Below, piece by piece: positions 1 through 8,668 of a DNA stretch of 64,000 nt (positions are counted from its first letter, which is position 1; every line of letters begins with the position of its first letter). The stretch comes from a virus (taxonomy: Duplodnaviria; Heunggongvirae; Uroviricota; Caudoviricetes). Location: IMG/VR virus record IMGVR_UViG_3300005323_000036, one strand, 5' to 3'. The notes under the pieces are model-generated. The model was not told the DNA's origin, did no database searches, and worked only from the letters and a program-made list of their open reading frames with translations. Position numbers and translations under genes: made by a program.

Positions 1-1
1 T

Positions 2-373
2 CTACCAAACTATGGATACTTTGTTTCACACGGAACAGTTACAAAGGCAGAGGTTACTTCAGGTAAGGATGATGATGGTAGAGAATGGTTTAGGGCAGTT
101 GTTCAGATCAACGATGATGGTTTCCCACGTGGTATTACTCTGACAAGTTACTATGTTCCACTATGCGATGTAGTAGAAGAGATTAACGAGGGTGATGAGG
201 TAGTAATCATTGGTGAGCGTGGATCAAAGAAGACTGATGATAAGGATGAGAACGGTAAGACTATCTACAGACCAAAGAACACACTCTGCGGTATTATCAA
301 GAATCCACAAGTAAATGATATGAGTGATGCTCTTGCTAAACTTAAAGCCGCGATGAAAGAGAATAAAGAGTAA
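2..373 (+). CDS. C-terminal fragment of a protein whose gene starts upstream of the window; possible OB-fold/ssDNA-binding partner of the adjacent Sak4-like ATPase
   Basis: The frame is open from the window edge to TAA at 371-373 (…GDEVVIIGERGSKKTDDKDENGKTIYRPKN…). GC content is higher than the surrounding sequence. The function is guessed from context only. Confidence 0.35.
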   Translation, partial: LPNYGYFVSHGTVTKAEVTSGKDDDGREWFRAVVQINDDGFPRGITLTSYYVPLCDVVEEINEGDEVVIIGERGSKKTDDKDENGKTIYRPKNTLCGIIKNPQVNDMSDALAKLKAAMKENKE

Positions 374-420
374 AGAAGAGTATAGATAAATTAAATTTTT
401 ATTTTTCAATTATCGATATT

Positions 421-612
421 ATGAAATTTAGGCAGTTTTATCCAATTATTATGCTTATTCTTGTTACTGGATGGGCATATTTTATCCAACTTGATTATAT
501 TAAACATGATCTAGTGTGGGTTATTGTAGATACTTTCTTTCTAGCATGGTCAACATGGGTTATGATGGAATATGCTATAGATAATATTAATAAAATGTTT
601 GTAAAAGAATAG
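421..612 (+). CDS. small membrane protein (2 predicted TM helices)
   Basis: 63-aa ORF with two hydrophobic stretches (IIMLILVTGWAYFI and WVIVDTFFLAWSTWVMM). Confidence 0.35.
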   Translation: MKFRQFYPIIMLILVTGWAYFIQLDYIKHDLVWVIVDTFFLAWSTWVMMEYAIDNINKMFVKE

Positions 613-701
613 ATTGTATTTAATAGATCTATTATTTTCATTCTCCTCTTCTTTTCCATGCCTTTTCTTTTATATACTGTAAAATTTAGTTTATTGTTGA
701 A

Positions 702-947
702 ATGACTGATAACTGTTTAAATTGTAAGCATATTATGGTTACAAGTTACAATGAGACAAACCCTGCAGGGGTATGTCATCGATTCCCCCAAGCAGTACAT
801 AGAAATGCAAAGGCTATAAAGAATGGCTGTGGTGAATGGCAGAAAGGAACTGAAAACAAACTTATTCCAGAAAAGGAAGTTAAAAAGCCAGTTCTTCGTA
901 ATACTACCCTGATTAATAATGTCGCAGCAAATGAAGGGGAACAATAA
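702..947 (+). CDS. small Cys-rich (zinc-binding?) protein
   Basis: 81 aa with CLNC…CHRF…CGEW cysteine spacing. A CT-rich tract plus TATATACTG lies upstream. Confidence 0.4.
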   Translation: MTDNCLNCKHIMVTSYNETNPAGVCHRFPQAVHRNAKAIKNGCGEWQKGTENKLIPEKEVKKPVLRNTTLINNVAANEGEQ

Positions 948-1117
948 ATATAGATAAATAAAGATTTTAATTTAATTTTAATTTTTTAGATTAGATATAG
1001 TATTATTGTTTTAATTTATTTTTTATTCTATTATTTAATGGATCTACTACTTTATTCATTCCCCTTTCTTAATAGCAAATGTTTATATGTGTTAAAGTTT
1101 AATTTAATAATACAAAC

Positions 1118-1945
1118 ATGGCCAGTTGGAAAAGTAAGTCTGCAGAAGACATAGGAACTACTCCAGGAAAGTTTGATTTTAATGCTGTTTTTAAACCTTC
1201 CAATGAGATTGAAAGCACTATTTTGTTTATGAGCATTTTTGGTGGTCCGGGTGATGGTAAGTCGCATTTTTGTCTATCTTCAAAGTTGCCAATTGTGCTA
1301 CTTGATACTGAAGTTGGAACTACTGCGCTTATTAAGAGACTTCCTGAAGATGTGCAGAAACAGATTTACAGGGTTAATCTTCTTGAGTATTCTGGTGAAG
1401 TAACTGCTGAATCATCTAATTCTGGAGAAAAGGTTACAAGTAACATTCTTGATGCAATTTATAATATTCTGTGTGGATTTATTGAAACTAATCCATTTGG
1501 AGATCAGCGCGGGACATTTATCATTGATTCAATGAGTGATGTGTATGTCTGGCTTCAGAATTGGCTACTTAACAGGCCAGATCTAAAAAGGTTTGAAAAG
1601 AACAACGAAATGATGCCTATTGAATGGGCTAGAATTGAAAGGCGTTGGAATGATATTATTCTACTGCTTCGTAAAACTGGGTGGAATGTTGTTCTTTCAT
1701 TTAAGCCTAGACAGAAATGGGTAAATGGAAAACCATCTGAAGAACAGGAAGCAAAATGGCAATCATCAGCACTTCATAACTTTGATCTACATGTAGAAAT
1801 TAAAGCAGTTGATAAAGGAGTGCATGAGATGACCATTAAGAAGACTCGATTCGGTGATGAAACATATTATGCAAAACTCACCAATGCATCATTTAAGAGT
1901 CTATGTGATTACCTTGAAAAAGAAAGCGGTGTAAAACTAGGGTGA
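1118..1945 (+). CDS. Sak4-like RecA-family ATPase (AAA_24-type ssDNA annealing/recombination protein)
   Basis: ATG verified at 1118. Walker A is GGPGDGKS and Walker B-like is TFIIDSMSD. The size (275 aa) and placement next to a nuclease fit phage Sak4 proteins. Confidence 0.6.
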   Translation: MASWKSKSAEDIGTTPGKFDFNAVFKPSNEIESTILFMSIFGGPGDGKSHFCLSSKLPIVLLDTEVGTTALIKRLPEDVQKQIYRVNLLEYSGEVTAESSNSGEKVTSNILDAIYNILCGFIETNPFGDQRGTFIIDSMSDVYVWLQNWLLNRPDLKRFEKNNEMMPIEWARIERRWNDIILLLRKTGWNVVLSFKPRQKWVNGKPSEEQEAKWQSSALHNFDLHVEIKAVDKGVHEMTIKKTRFGDETYYAKLTNASFKSLCDYLEKESGVKLG

Positions 1946-1951
1946 CTATTT

Positions 1952-2128
1952 ATGGGTAAAGGAGAAATGGTTTGTCCATATAATAAATTTGCGCTATGTT
2001 TTAAAGAACAGTGTCCAGCATTTATAAAATCTACAGTAATTAAATTAGATAATGGAAAAGAAGTCATTACTGACAATGGTTGTAGATTTGTTAAACGTGG
2101 GATGAATCCAATGCACCGTTGTAAATAA
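1952..2128 (+). CDS. small Cys-rich protein
   Basis: 58-aa ORF MGKGEMVCPYNKFALCFKEQCPAF…CRFVKRGMNPMHRCK that is absent from the ORF track because it is under 60 aa. It fills an intergenic gap in coding orientation. Confidence 0.3.
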   Translation: MGKGEMVCPYNKFALCFKEQCPAFIKSTVIKLDNGKEVITDNGCRFVKRGMNPMHRCK

Positions 2129-2267
2129 ATTATATTTGTTCTTATCTTTTATCTTTTTATTTATGAATTTAAAAGGAGGTGAATTTTTATTGTCGATGCT
2201 TCCTTAATTAATTGGTTTCTTTATAATTATATTAATTATGTAAATGTTACAATAAATAGGAATAATT

Positions 2268-3173
2268 ATGGTTGCTATTGAAACTATTGAACAAATCTTC
2301 TTCCCTTGGTTTTTCTGGGATGATTATGAGAAGTTTGATAGTAAAAGCAGAATTCAGACAATGAATTTTTGTGAATATCAATATAAGAAATCATATGTAT
2401 TTAAAGAAAAGAATTCTAGTTATGCTACAGTAATTGGTTCCAGGATTCATCATTGGCTTGAGATATTTTACGATTATGCGTATTTAATTCCAATTGAACA
2501 GTGGGAATTGTGTATTACAAGTGAATATTGTGATTATGAAAGAAGAATGTTGCTTAATTTCATTAGGGATGAGAAAGTTAGATTAGAAAGATTAAATTAT
2601 GATTTTAAGATATGGAAACCATTAGCAAGAGAATTAAAGGTAATCAATGAAGAACATAAAATACGTGGTTTAATTGATAGGATTACAGGAGATCCATTAG
2701 TATTAGAAGATTATAAAAAGTATCTGATGGATAAATACATGGAACAATATGAATATGGGGATAGTGAAACAAAGATTACAAAGAAAGAAATTAAAGTTTT
2801 AACTGATATAGTTGAAGGTAAAATTAAAGAGATTGTTTGTATTGGTGAATATAAAACATCAAGGAAAGTGGATGTAAAATCATTGTCATTTGAATTTGGA
2901 TTTTATAAGGTGTTACTTAAAAGTTTACCAGAATACAAGGATAAATTTATGATAGGTGAACTTATAAACCCACGATTAAATGTAAGACAATTTATACCAA
3001 TACAAGAAGAAGTTTATGTTTTAAAAGCATTAGATAGATATAGAAAAGTTGTAGAAAGTGGTGAATTCAAGAAAGAATGTAATCGAATCTTATTACATGT
3101 ATGTGGTAGATGTAGTTTAGAAGAATGCGGTTTATACGATGGAATAGATCCTGAATGGAATGTAAAAAGATAA
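2268..3173 (+). CDS. Cas4/RecB-family PD-(D/E)XK exonuclease with C-terminal Fe-S cysteine cluster
   Basis: ATG verified at 2268. Motifs are LIDRITGD (D motif), GEYKTSRK (ExK) and C-terminal CGRCSLEEC (Cx2Cx5C), plus an N-terminal Cys (MNFCEY) as in Cas4. Confidence 0.6.
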   Translation: MVAIETIEQIFFPWFFWDDYEKFDSKSRIQTMNFCEYQYKKSYVFKEKNSSYATVIGSRIHHWLEIFYDYAYLIPIEQWELCITSEYCDYERRMLLNFIRDEKVRLERLNYDFKIWKPLARELKVINEEHKIRGLIDRITGDPLVLEDYKKYLMDKYMEQYEYGDSETKITKKEIKVLTDIVEGKIKEIVCIGEYKTSRKVDVKSLSFEFGFYKVLLKSLPEYKDKFMIGELINPRLNVRQFIPIQEEVYVLKALDRYRKVVESGEFKKECNRILLHVCGRCSLEECGLYDGIDPEWNVKR

Positions 3174-3192
3174 AGAAAGGATGGGAAAATAA

Positions 3193-3387
3193 ATGGGTAT
3201 AGATTGGGATAAACTACATGAAGAATGCAAAAAAGAAGTAAATTATATGTATAGAAAACATCATAATTCATGTATGTATAGATGTGAAAATAGTTCTTGT
3301 GATAAACTTGATGGTTATTATTGTAAATGGGATCATGACGAATCTGCATTAAAACACTGTCCAGTTTTTAGACCTATAATTCTGTGA
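3193..3387 (+). CDS. small Cys-rich protein
   Basis: 64 aa with 7 Cys (CKKE…SCMYRCENSSCDKLDGYYCKWDH…HC). Confidence 0.35.
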   Translation: MGIDWDKLHEECKKEVNYMYRKHHNSCMYRCENSSCDKLDGYYCKWDHDESALKHCPVFRPIIL

Positions 3388-3404
3388 AGATAGGATGGTA
3401 AATA

Positions 3405-3902
3405 ATGAATAAAGAATTTATGGATAAAGTGTATAATAGGCAGAAAATAGAGAATAATAAAATATGTGCTCCATATTATATTAATATTCCAGACACTAAT
3501 GGATTTTCAAATGGGGATGAAATAGTTAAATCTGGAGATAGTATTGATATTGTGTCAGAATATAAATTTGATGCGGTGAATCCAAACGATCCTACACTGG
3601 AAGAAAATTTTGAAGATATGATCAGTGATGCTATAAAAGAAATAAGAACTAAATCCTCACTTAAATCTTCATCTCTTACATCTTTAAAGCGGGTTATTGA
3701 GACTATTGATAAGAAAGATAAACAGTATAAACGAGATCCTATTGATGTATTGTCAGTTGATGATTTGACTACACAGATTAAGATTAAAGCAATAAGAGCA
3801 TGTTTAACAAGTGATAATATAAAGAAAGAAGATGAATTGTTAGATATTGCAGTATATAGCATTTTAACATTAGAAAAAATGATTAAGGAGAGGGGTGGAT
3901 AA
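3405..3902 (+). CDS. hypothetical protein
   Basis: 165-aa ORF, acidic. A GGATGG-type RBS lies upstream. The antisense ORF 3476..3862 is rejected. Confidence 0.4.
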   Translation: MNKEFMDKVYNRQKIENNKICAPYYINIPDTNGFSNGDEIVKSGDSIDIVSEYKFDAVNPNDPTLEENFEDMISDAIKEIRTKSSLKSSSLTSLKRVIETIDKKDKQYKRDPIDVLSVDDLTTQIKIKAIRACLTSDNIKKEDELLDIAVYSILTLEKMIKERGG

Positions 3903-4224
3903 TATACTTATTAGTGATAGAATTATTAATGATGATTATTATAAAAATAATTGTATTTACTTAATTAAGAATGAAGATGATAAAGAAATTGAATATAGGT
4001 GTTCGTGTAAAGAAATAAATAAAAATGCTTATACTAGAAAGTGTATATTTGAATGGGATGGTAGACATGCTAAACATTGTTGTAAATTTTATAATGATTC
4101 TAGAATAGTATTTAGAGATGGTAAATATGAAGTTAGATTGATTAATGAAGATGTTCCATTTAAATTCACTAAAGAACAATTGCTACAGTTTAAGGATATT
4201 ATAAAAGAACACAATATAGAATAG
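3895..4224 (+). CDS. Cys-rich hypothetical protein with probable GTG start
   Basis: There is no in-frame ATG; GTG at 3895 is preceded by AAGGAGAGGGGTGG. It overlaps the upstream gene by 8 nt. Cys motif is CSCKE…CIFEWDGRHAKHCC. Confidence 0.35.
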   Translation: MDNILISDRIINDDYYKNNCIYLIKNEDDKEIEYRCSCKEINKNAYTRKCIFEWDGRHAKHCCKFYNDSRIVFRDGKYEVRLINEDVPFKFTKEQLLQFKDIIKEHNIE

Positions 4225-4332
4225 TATTAAGATTTAGTTAATTTTATTTTTCCTCTTTTCTTTTTTTTGAGATAGTTTTATCATGTTTTAGATACAATAT
4301 AGTATTAGAAAAGTGAATTACAAAAGGATTGA

Positions 4333-4584
4333 ATGAGAATGAAGAAACTTATTAAATATATTGATAATTGTTGGGATTGTCCATATTTTATTGAAGAGTG
4401 GTGGGGTGAACCTCATTGTGATAATTACAGTGGAAAAAGAGAATTACCTAGAGCAGATGATGGGTTCATTGAACCTCCAGAATGGTGTAAACTTGAAGAT
4501 ATGGGAAAATATGGAAATGAAATAAAAGAATTTTCTGAAAAAGTAGATAATATACGGAATTTGAGAAAACAACTTAAGTTATAA
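4333..4584 (+). CDS. small zinc-finger-like protein
   Basis: CWDCPYF…HCDNYSG…WCK cysteine/histidine pattern. Confidence 0.4.
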   Translation: MRMKKLIKYIDNCWDCPYFIEEWWGEPHCDNYSGKRELPRADDGFIEPPEWCKLEDMGKYGNEIKEFSEKVDNIRNLRKQLKL

Positions 4585-4597
4585 GGAATGATTGAAA

Positions 4598-4777
4598 ATG
4601 TCGATGTATAAAGTGTATTATAATGTGATAATTAATCATAAGTGTATTGCTGAAATAGAAGCAGATTCTGAAGAAGATGCTATTGCAATGGTTGAAGGTG
4701 ACTATTCATGTTATGATGAAGAATCTGTGGAATATGATGATGAGTGTGTGATTGAATATGTTAAGAAGATTGATTAA
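4598..4777 (+). CDS. small acidic protein, member of the 'EADSEEEA' paralogue family
   Basis: The in-frame ATG is at 4598 (the track start at 4592 is TTG). The motif KVYYNVIINHKCIAEIEADSEEDAIAMV is shared with 5547, 5915 and 12750. Confidence 0.4.
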   Translation: MSMYKVYYNVIINHKCIAEIEADSEEDAIAMVEGDYSCYDEESVEYDDECVIEYVKKID

Positions 4778-4778
4778 A

Positions 4779-4958
4779 ATGATATTAACTATAACACTTC
4801 TTAAGGATTCGTGGTTTGATGAAATTGAATACAATTGTGGAACAATACCACAACAACCTATGAAAACGGTTCATATTGAACTTAATAAAGAACAAGAGAG
4901 TCAAATTAAACAAAAAGATTGGCATATTGGATTTACATTTATAGAACCAGAGGAATGA
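4779..4958 (+). CDS. hypothetical protein
   Basis: ATG at 4779 immediately follows the stop at 4775-4777. The track's earlier starts (TTG 4752, ATG 4758) lie inside the upstream gene. Confidence 0.35.
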   Translation: MILTITLLKDSWFDEIEYNCGTIPQQPMKTVHIELNKEQESQIKQKDWHIGFTFIEPEE

Positions 4959-5266
4959 ATAAAATGTCGAAAGATTTTTTGGGTCAGGAAATTAAAATTG
5001 GTGATTTTTGCATATTTGTAGGTGCTGAATCTGGACGTTATGGTTGGGTGTATGTCAAAAATATACTTGAAGAAAAATGTGATATGTATGGGGGAGAACG
5101 CCCAAATATTTCTATCATCAGTGGTTATAAAAAAGAATTAATTAATGGAGATGTGAAATTTATAATTAATAAAAAGACAGGAACTACATATCCAGAACGA
5201 TTGATTGTATTAAATGATAAAATTCCAAATGATTTAAAGGAGGCATTTAAAAATGAAATTGAGTAA
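4955..5266 (+). CDS. hypothetical protein
   Basis: First in-frame ATG is at 4955, with an alternative at 4964. The track start at 4919 is TTG. Confidence 0.4.
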   Translation: MNKMSKDFLGQEIKIGDFCIFVGAESGRYGWVYVKNILEEKCDMYGGERPNISIISGYKKELINGDVKFIINKKTGTTYPERLIVLNDKIPNDLKEAFKNEIE

Positions 5267-5528
5267 TAATATTGAAGTTAGTGGAATTAATAGAATTGTA
5301 GTGAAGAAAAAGAATTCTGTTAGAGTTTATGGAAGAGATCTTTCTAATACAAGTAATGATTGGATTGATACTACAAGTGGAAAAGTTATTGAAGATAAAC
5401 ATATGTGTAATAAAATTAGGAAGATGATAAAACAGCAAAGTGGAAATTGGTGTGTGTCTGAAATTTGGAAACAGTATAAATATAGAGTATGGATTCATAA
5501 TGAAACATTGAACCTAGAAGTGAAATAA
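5253..5528 (+). CDS. hypothetical protein
   Basis: Strong SD AAGGAGG lies 10 nt upstream of ATG 5253. Confidence 0.4.
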   Translation: MKLSNNIEVSGINRIVVKKKNSVRVYGRDLSNTSNDWIDTTSGKVIEDKHMCNKIRKMIKQQSGNWCVSEIWKQYKYRVWIHNETLNLEVK

Positions 5529-5546
5529 GGAGAGATAAATAAAATA

Positions 5547-5690
5547 TGATTAAAACTTATGGTGTATATGTGTCTGATTATTATGAAGTAGAAGCAGAAG
5601 ATGAATTTGAAGCAGAGCAAATTACACTTGAGAATATTAGAAATGGTGTATGGGATATAGATATTACAGTTGGTGATATAATTGAATGAC
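5547..5690 (+). CDS. small acidic protein, 'EADSEEEA' family paralogue
   Basis: 47-aa ORF MIKTYGVYVSDYYEVEAEDEFEAEQITL… preceded by AAGGAGAG. It is not in the track because it is under 60 aa. Confidence 0.35.
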
Positions 5691-5903
5691 AACGATTCTC
5701 CTAATACACAGCAACCTATTATTTATTATCAACCGTCGAATATTGGAAATATTATGGTGATTGTGATTGTTGTAATGCAAAGTTTAATGTTTATATTTAA
5801 TGCGATGTTTAAGTTATCATTAAATATTGAACAATTGTGGTTTCCATTTATTGCATTGATGGGAATTTACATTATTGGATTAATTGGTGGTATTTATAAA
5901 TAA
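5682..5903 (+). CDS. small membrane protein
   Basis: Two hydrophobic segments (IMVIVIVVMQSLMFIF and FPFIALMGIYIIGLIGGIY). Confidence 0.35.
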   Translation: MNDNDSPNTQQPIIYYQPSNIGNIMVIVIVVMQSLMFIFNAMFKLSLNIEQLWFPFIALMGIYIIGLIGGIYK

Positions 5904-5914
5904 GAGATGGAAGA

Positions 5915-6142
5915 ATGAAGAAGTATTTTGTATTTGCTGATGGCGGTATTGAAGATTTCTTTGATACTGAACAGGAAGCAATTGATTGTGCTCAAAAATG
6001 TATTGAAGAAAGTCTCGATGGGAATGAGTGGACTTGTTCGAATGATGATATCTTCTGGGGAGAAGTAAAACAGTCTGGGACATTTGAAAGAGTTACAAGC
6101 ATTCCTCCACACGAATATGACTATTTCCTGGATGATGTTTAA
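5915..6142 (+). CDS. small acidic protein, 'EADSEEEA'-like motif
   Basis: YFVFADGGIEDFFDTEQEAIDCAQKCIEE matches the family motif. Confidence 0.4.
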   Translation: MKKYFVFADGGIEDFFDTEQEAIDCAQKCIEESLDGNEWTCSNDDIFWGEVKQSGTFERVTSIPPHEYDYFLDDV

Positions 6143-6162
6143 AATTGTTATTGAGGTTTATA

Positions 6163-6408
6163 ATGTTGGCAAGTGAATATTTAATTTTGATAAAAAATAA
6201 AATTAATGAAACGTTTGAAAATGTTAAGATAGAAATTGATGATCCAGAAAAAGATATTACATACATTAGTGATGAACTATCCCAAATTTCAGTAGATGCT
6301 GTGGTAAATAAATTTATTGAAAGAATTGACTATATTCCTAACTATATATCTTTAAGAATTGAAATAGTTGATAATATGTATGGTGTTGGTTTTACTTGTG
6401 AGAAATAA
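6163..6408 (+). CDS. MLASEL-family small protein (paralogue 1 of 3)
   Basis: The true ATG is at 6163 (the track start at 6145 is TTG). The 5' end ATGTTGGCAAGTGAATAT is near-identical to those of the genes at 6411 and 6740. Confidence 0.4.
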   Translation: MLASEYLILIKNKINETFENVKIEIDDPEKDITYISDELSQISVDAVVNKFIERIDYIPNYISLRIEIVDNMYGVGFTCEK

Positions 6409-6410
6409 TT

Positions 6411-6569
6411 ATGCTAGCAAGTGAATTAATTAATTTTATTCAATGGTTTATTGATGATTATGGTGATCATGAAATTAGAATAAATGGAGATGTGAATGAA
6501 ACTGACATTAAAATGCATGTTTTTTATAATGAATTTTTCTGTCTTTCCAATTCAGATGAACCTATATAA
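6411..6569 (+). CDS. MLASEL-family small protein (paralogue 2 of 3)
   Basis: 52-aa ORF MLASELINFIQWFIDDYGDHEIRINGD…, starting 2 nt after the upstream stop. Confidence 0.35.
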   Translation: MLASELINFIQWFIDDYGDHEIRINGDVNETDIKMHVFYNEFFCLSNSDEPI

Positions 6570-6580
6570 GAAGTTATATC

Positions 6581-6724
6581 ATGGATATGTGTAAATATTG
6601 TAATACAAAAAATGTAGTTTATTATTCATTCGAAGAAGAATATCCTGTAAATATTGGATATTGTAATAAATGTCATGCGCATTATTGGTATGATGATGGT
6701 GAATGGAAATCTAAAAGAAAATAA
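6581..6724 (+). CDS. zinc-ribbon small protein
   Basis: 47 aa, MDMCKYCNTKN…CNKCHAHYWY, with two CxxC pairs. Confidence 0.3.
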   Translation: MDMCKYCNTKNVVYYSFEEEYPVNIGYCNKCHAHYWYDDGEWKSKRK

Positions 6725-6739
6725 TAAATGGTAAGTTTT

Positions 6740-6934
6740 ATGTTAGCAAGTGAATTAATTAAGCAGTTGCAAGAAGAGATTGATGAGGATGGAGATCTTC
6801 CTGTTTATATTGATCATTGTGATGAAGATGGAGAAGAATGGTTTAATCCAGTAACAAATGCTGAATCTGTAATGAGTATTGATAATGGTGAAGTTAAACC
6901 AACGTGTATTAGAATTATGGATTATATTGATTAA
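6740..6934 (+). CDS. MLASEL-family small protein (paralogue 3 of 3)
   Basis: MLASELIKQLQEEIDEDGDLPVYIDHCDEDGEEW…. An alternative upstream ATG lies at 6728. Confidence 0.4.
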   Translation: MLASELIKQLQEEIDEDGDLPVYIDHCDEDGEEWFNPVTNAESVMSIDNGEVKPTCIRIMDYID

Positions 6935-6935
6935 A

Positions 6936-7232
6936 ATGAAAGAAGAAAGAAGTTTTGATGTAAATAGGAAATACGTATATTGGTATGTAATCACGGAATC
7001 ATTTGATGATAGATACAAACAATATACTAGGTTAATGTGGAAACATCCAAAAGATGTTGATGAATTATTTACAGTTTATAATTCTAAAACTGGAGAACGC
7101 AAGACGTTATTTAGACTTAAGTATATTTGTAGAACAAGTGGGTGGGAAGGAAATAAAATTCCAGAAGACATTTTGAGTTATGTGGACGAACAGTGGAAAC
7201 AAAATGGATATCCAGAACCACCAGATGAATAA
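6936..7232 (+). CDS. hypothetical protein
   Basis: ATG at 6936 directly follows the stop at 6932-6934. The track's longer version, starting at 6879, overlaps the upstream gene. Confidence 0.4.
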   Translation: MKEERSFDVNRKYVYWYVITESFDDRYKQYTRLMWKHPKDVDELFTVYNSKTGERKTLFRLKYICRTSGWEGNKIPEDILSYVDEQWKQNGYPEPPDE

Positions 7233-7258
7233 AAATCTCTTATTTCTTATTCTTTAAC

Positions 7259-7459
7259 ATGTCTGATTATAATTATTCTAATAAAAATGGCAATCCTACA
7301 ATTTCAGATTGTAATTTGACTTGTAAATGTTATAGAGCGCTTGCAAGTGAGGATTATAGACCATATTGTGCAGCATTAGGAAAGTTTGTAAATAGAAATG
7401 TATGTCAGATTGAACTAGATCTAGTAATGCGAAAAATGGAGAATATATGGGAGCAGTGA
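7259..7459 (+). CDS. small Cys-containing protein
   Basis: 66 aa, CNLTCKCY…YCAALGKFVNRNVC. Confidence 0.3.
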   Translation: MSDYNYSNKNGNPTISDCNLTCKCYRALASEDYRPYCAALGKFVNRNVCQIELDLVMRKMENIWEQ

Positions 7460-7477
7460 ATAAAACGGTGTTTACAA

Positions 7478-7705
7478 ATGACAAATAAAATCCGTATTGA
7501 TGGTTTTGGGTGTTGTGGGTGTTATAATTTTAGAGGTGTGACTGTTGATGGCGAACTTTTAAATTACTGTAATGCTATAAGAGGATTACATTTAGAAGAA
7601 TCTATAGGGTTGATTGAATTTGCACATCCAATCATTAGAGATTTTAGTAAGAGATTAATAGAATGTCCATTGGATAAGGAAGATAAAAAGAATGGCATTA
7701 ATTAA
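7478..7705 (+). CDS. hypothetical protein
   Basis: 75 aa with a GFGCCGCYNF motif. Confidence 0.35.
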   Translation: MTNKIRIDGFGCCGCYNFRGVTVDGELLNYCNAIRGLHLEESIGLIEFAHPIIRDFSKRLIECPLDKEDKKNGIN

Positions 7706-8090
7706 ACTAAAATTCTCTCCTGAAATGGAAGAGTTGATATTACAGGGTAAAAAATGCTGCACGACGAGAGATGAACCTAAAGGAGAAGTGGGAGATGTTT
7801 TTAGACTAAAGGGGGATCGATTATACAGAATTATAGAGATCGAAGAGATTTGTATTGATGTGGGGACATCATTTTACAAACAGGAAGGATTTGAATCTTC
7901 CGGTAAATATAGAGAATGTATTAACTTCATATACCCGGGAGTTACTCGATTTTACTTGCATTGGTTCCAGTATTTTGACTCTGGATGTAGAGACTTTGGA
8001 TATAGCGGGAATTGTATGAGCAAGGAGAACTGTAAAGTTGGAGAATATTGTTCTAAAAAGAAATTTGGAACTTCTATATTATGTGATTAA
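7692..8090 (+). CDS. ASCH/PUA-like domain protein
   Basis: N-terminal LILQGKKCCTTRDEPKGEVGDVFRL resembles the ASCH GxKxxExR core. The C-terminal half is Cys-rich. Confidence 0.45.
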   Translation: MALIKLKFSPEMEELILQGKKCCTTRDEPKGEVGDVFRLKGDRLYRIIEIEEICIDVGTSFYKQEGFESSGKYRECINFIYPGVTRFYLHWFQYFDSGCRDFGYSGNCMSKENCKVGEYCSKKKFGTSILCD

Positions 8091-8091
8091 A

Positions 8092-8268
8092 ATGGATGGA
8101 ACTATTGCTATAAAAATTTTTGATAATAAAACAGATGACTGTATTTATATTGTTAAAGAAGAAGAAACTAGAATTGGTGTGAATATAGATAAAAAATACA
8201 TTGATATATCATTAGAAAGGTTGTTTGTTGTTATCAGGAATAATATAAAATATTTGAAGGAAGAATAG
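8092..8268 (+). CDS. hypothetical small protein
   Basis: ATG at 8092 directly follows the stop at 8088-8090. Confidence 0.3.
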   Translation: MDGTIAIKIFDNKTDDCIYIVKEEETRIGVNIDKKYIDISLERLFVVIRNNIKYLKEE

Positions 8269-8327
8269 GTTTGTTGTTTTATTAGTTGACGAATAGTTTT
8301 ATATAGTAGGAATTGTAATATTGAAAC

Positions 8328-8561
8328 ATGGCGCCAAAGAAAAAAGATCCAAACTTTTTGAGCGATATTAAGAAGGGAACATTACATAAAGCATTGGGAT
8401 ATAAACCTGATGAGAAAATTCCAGAATCCAAGATTAATGCATTGGCTAATTCTAATGTTGGGGATACAATAAAAACAAAACAAGGAGAAACGAAGAAGAT
8501 CTCATTAGAAATGAAGCGTAAAGGCGTATTTGCAAAAAATGCTAGGAAATTTAAGCATTAA
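8328..8561 (+). CDS. small lysine-rich basic protein (possible DNA-binding)
   Basis: MAPKKKDP…; about 25% Lys/Arg. Confidence 0.4.
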   Translation: MAPKKKDPNFLSDIKKGTLHKALGYKPDEKIPESKINALANSNVGDTIKTKQGETKKISLEMKRKGVFAKNARKFKH

Positions 8562-8668
8562 AACGAAAAATATCCATTTTAATTAGTTTTTCTATTTTTC
8601 AATATTTTTACTCCATTAATTCTTTTCTTCGGTATGTTTATCTTCTTTTAATTACATATATTATAGAA

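Noticed and set aside
224-409. 61-aa minus-strand ORF
   Set aside because: It is antisense to, and fully overlaps, the open + strand frame at 2-373, which has coherent coding composition. This ORF is low-complexity hydrophobic.
3476-3862. 128-aa minus-strand ORF
   Set aside because: It lies entirely inside the + strand gene 3405-3902 and is Ser/Ile-rich antisense noise. All neighbouring genes are on the + strand.
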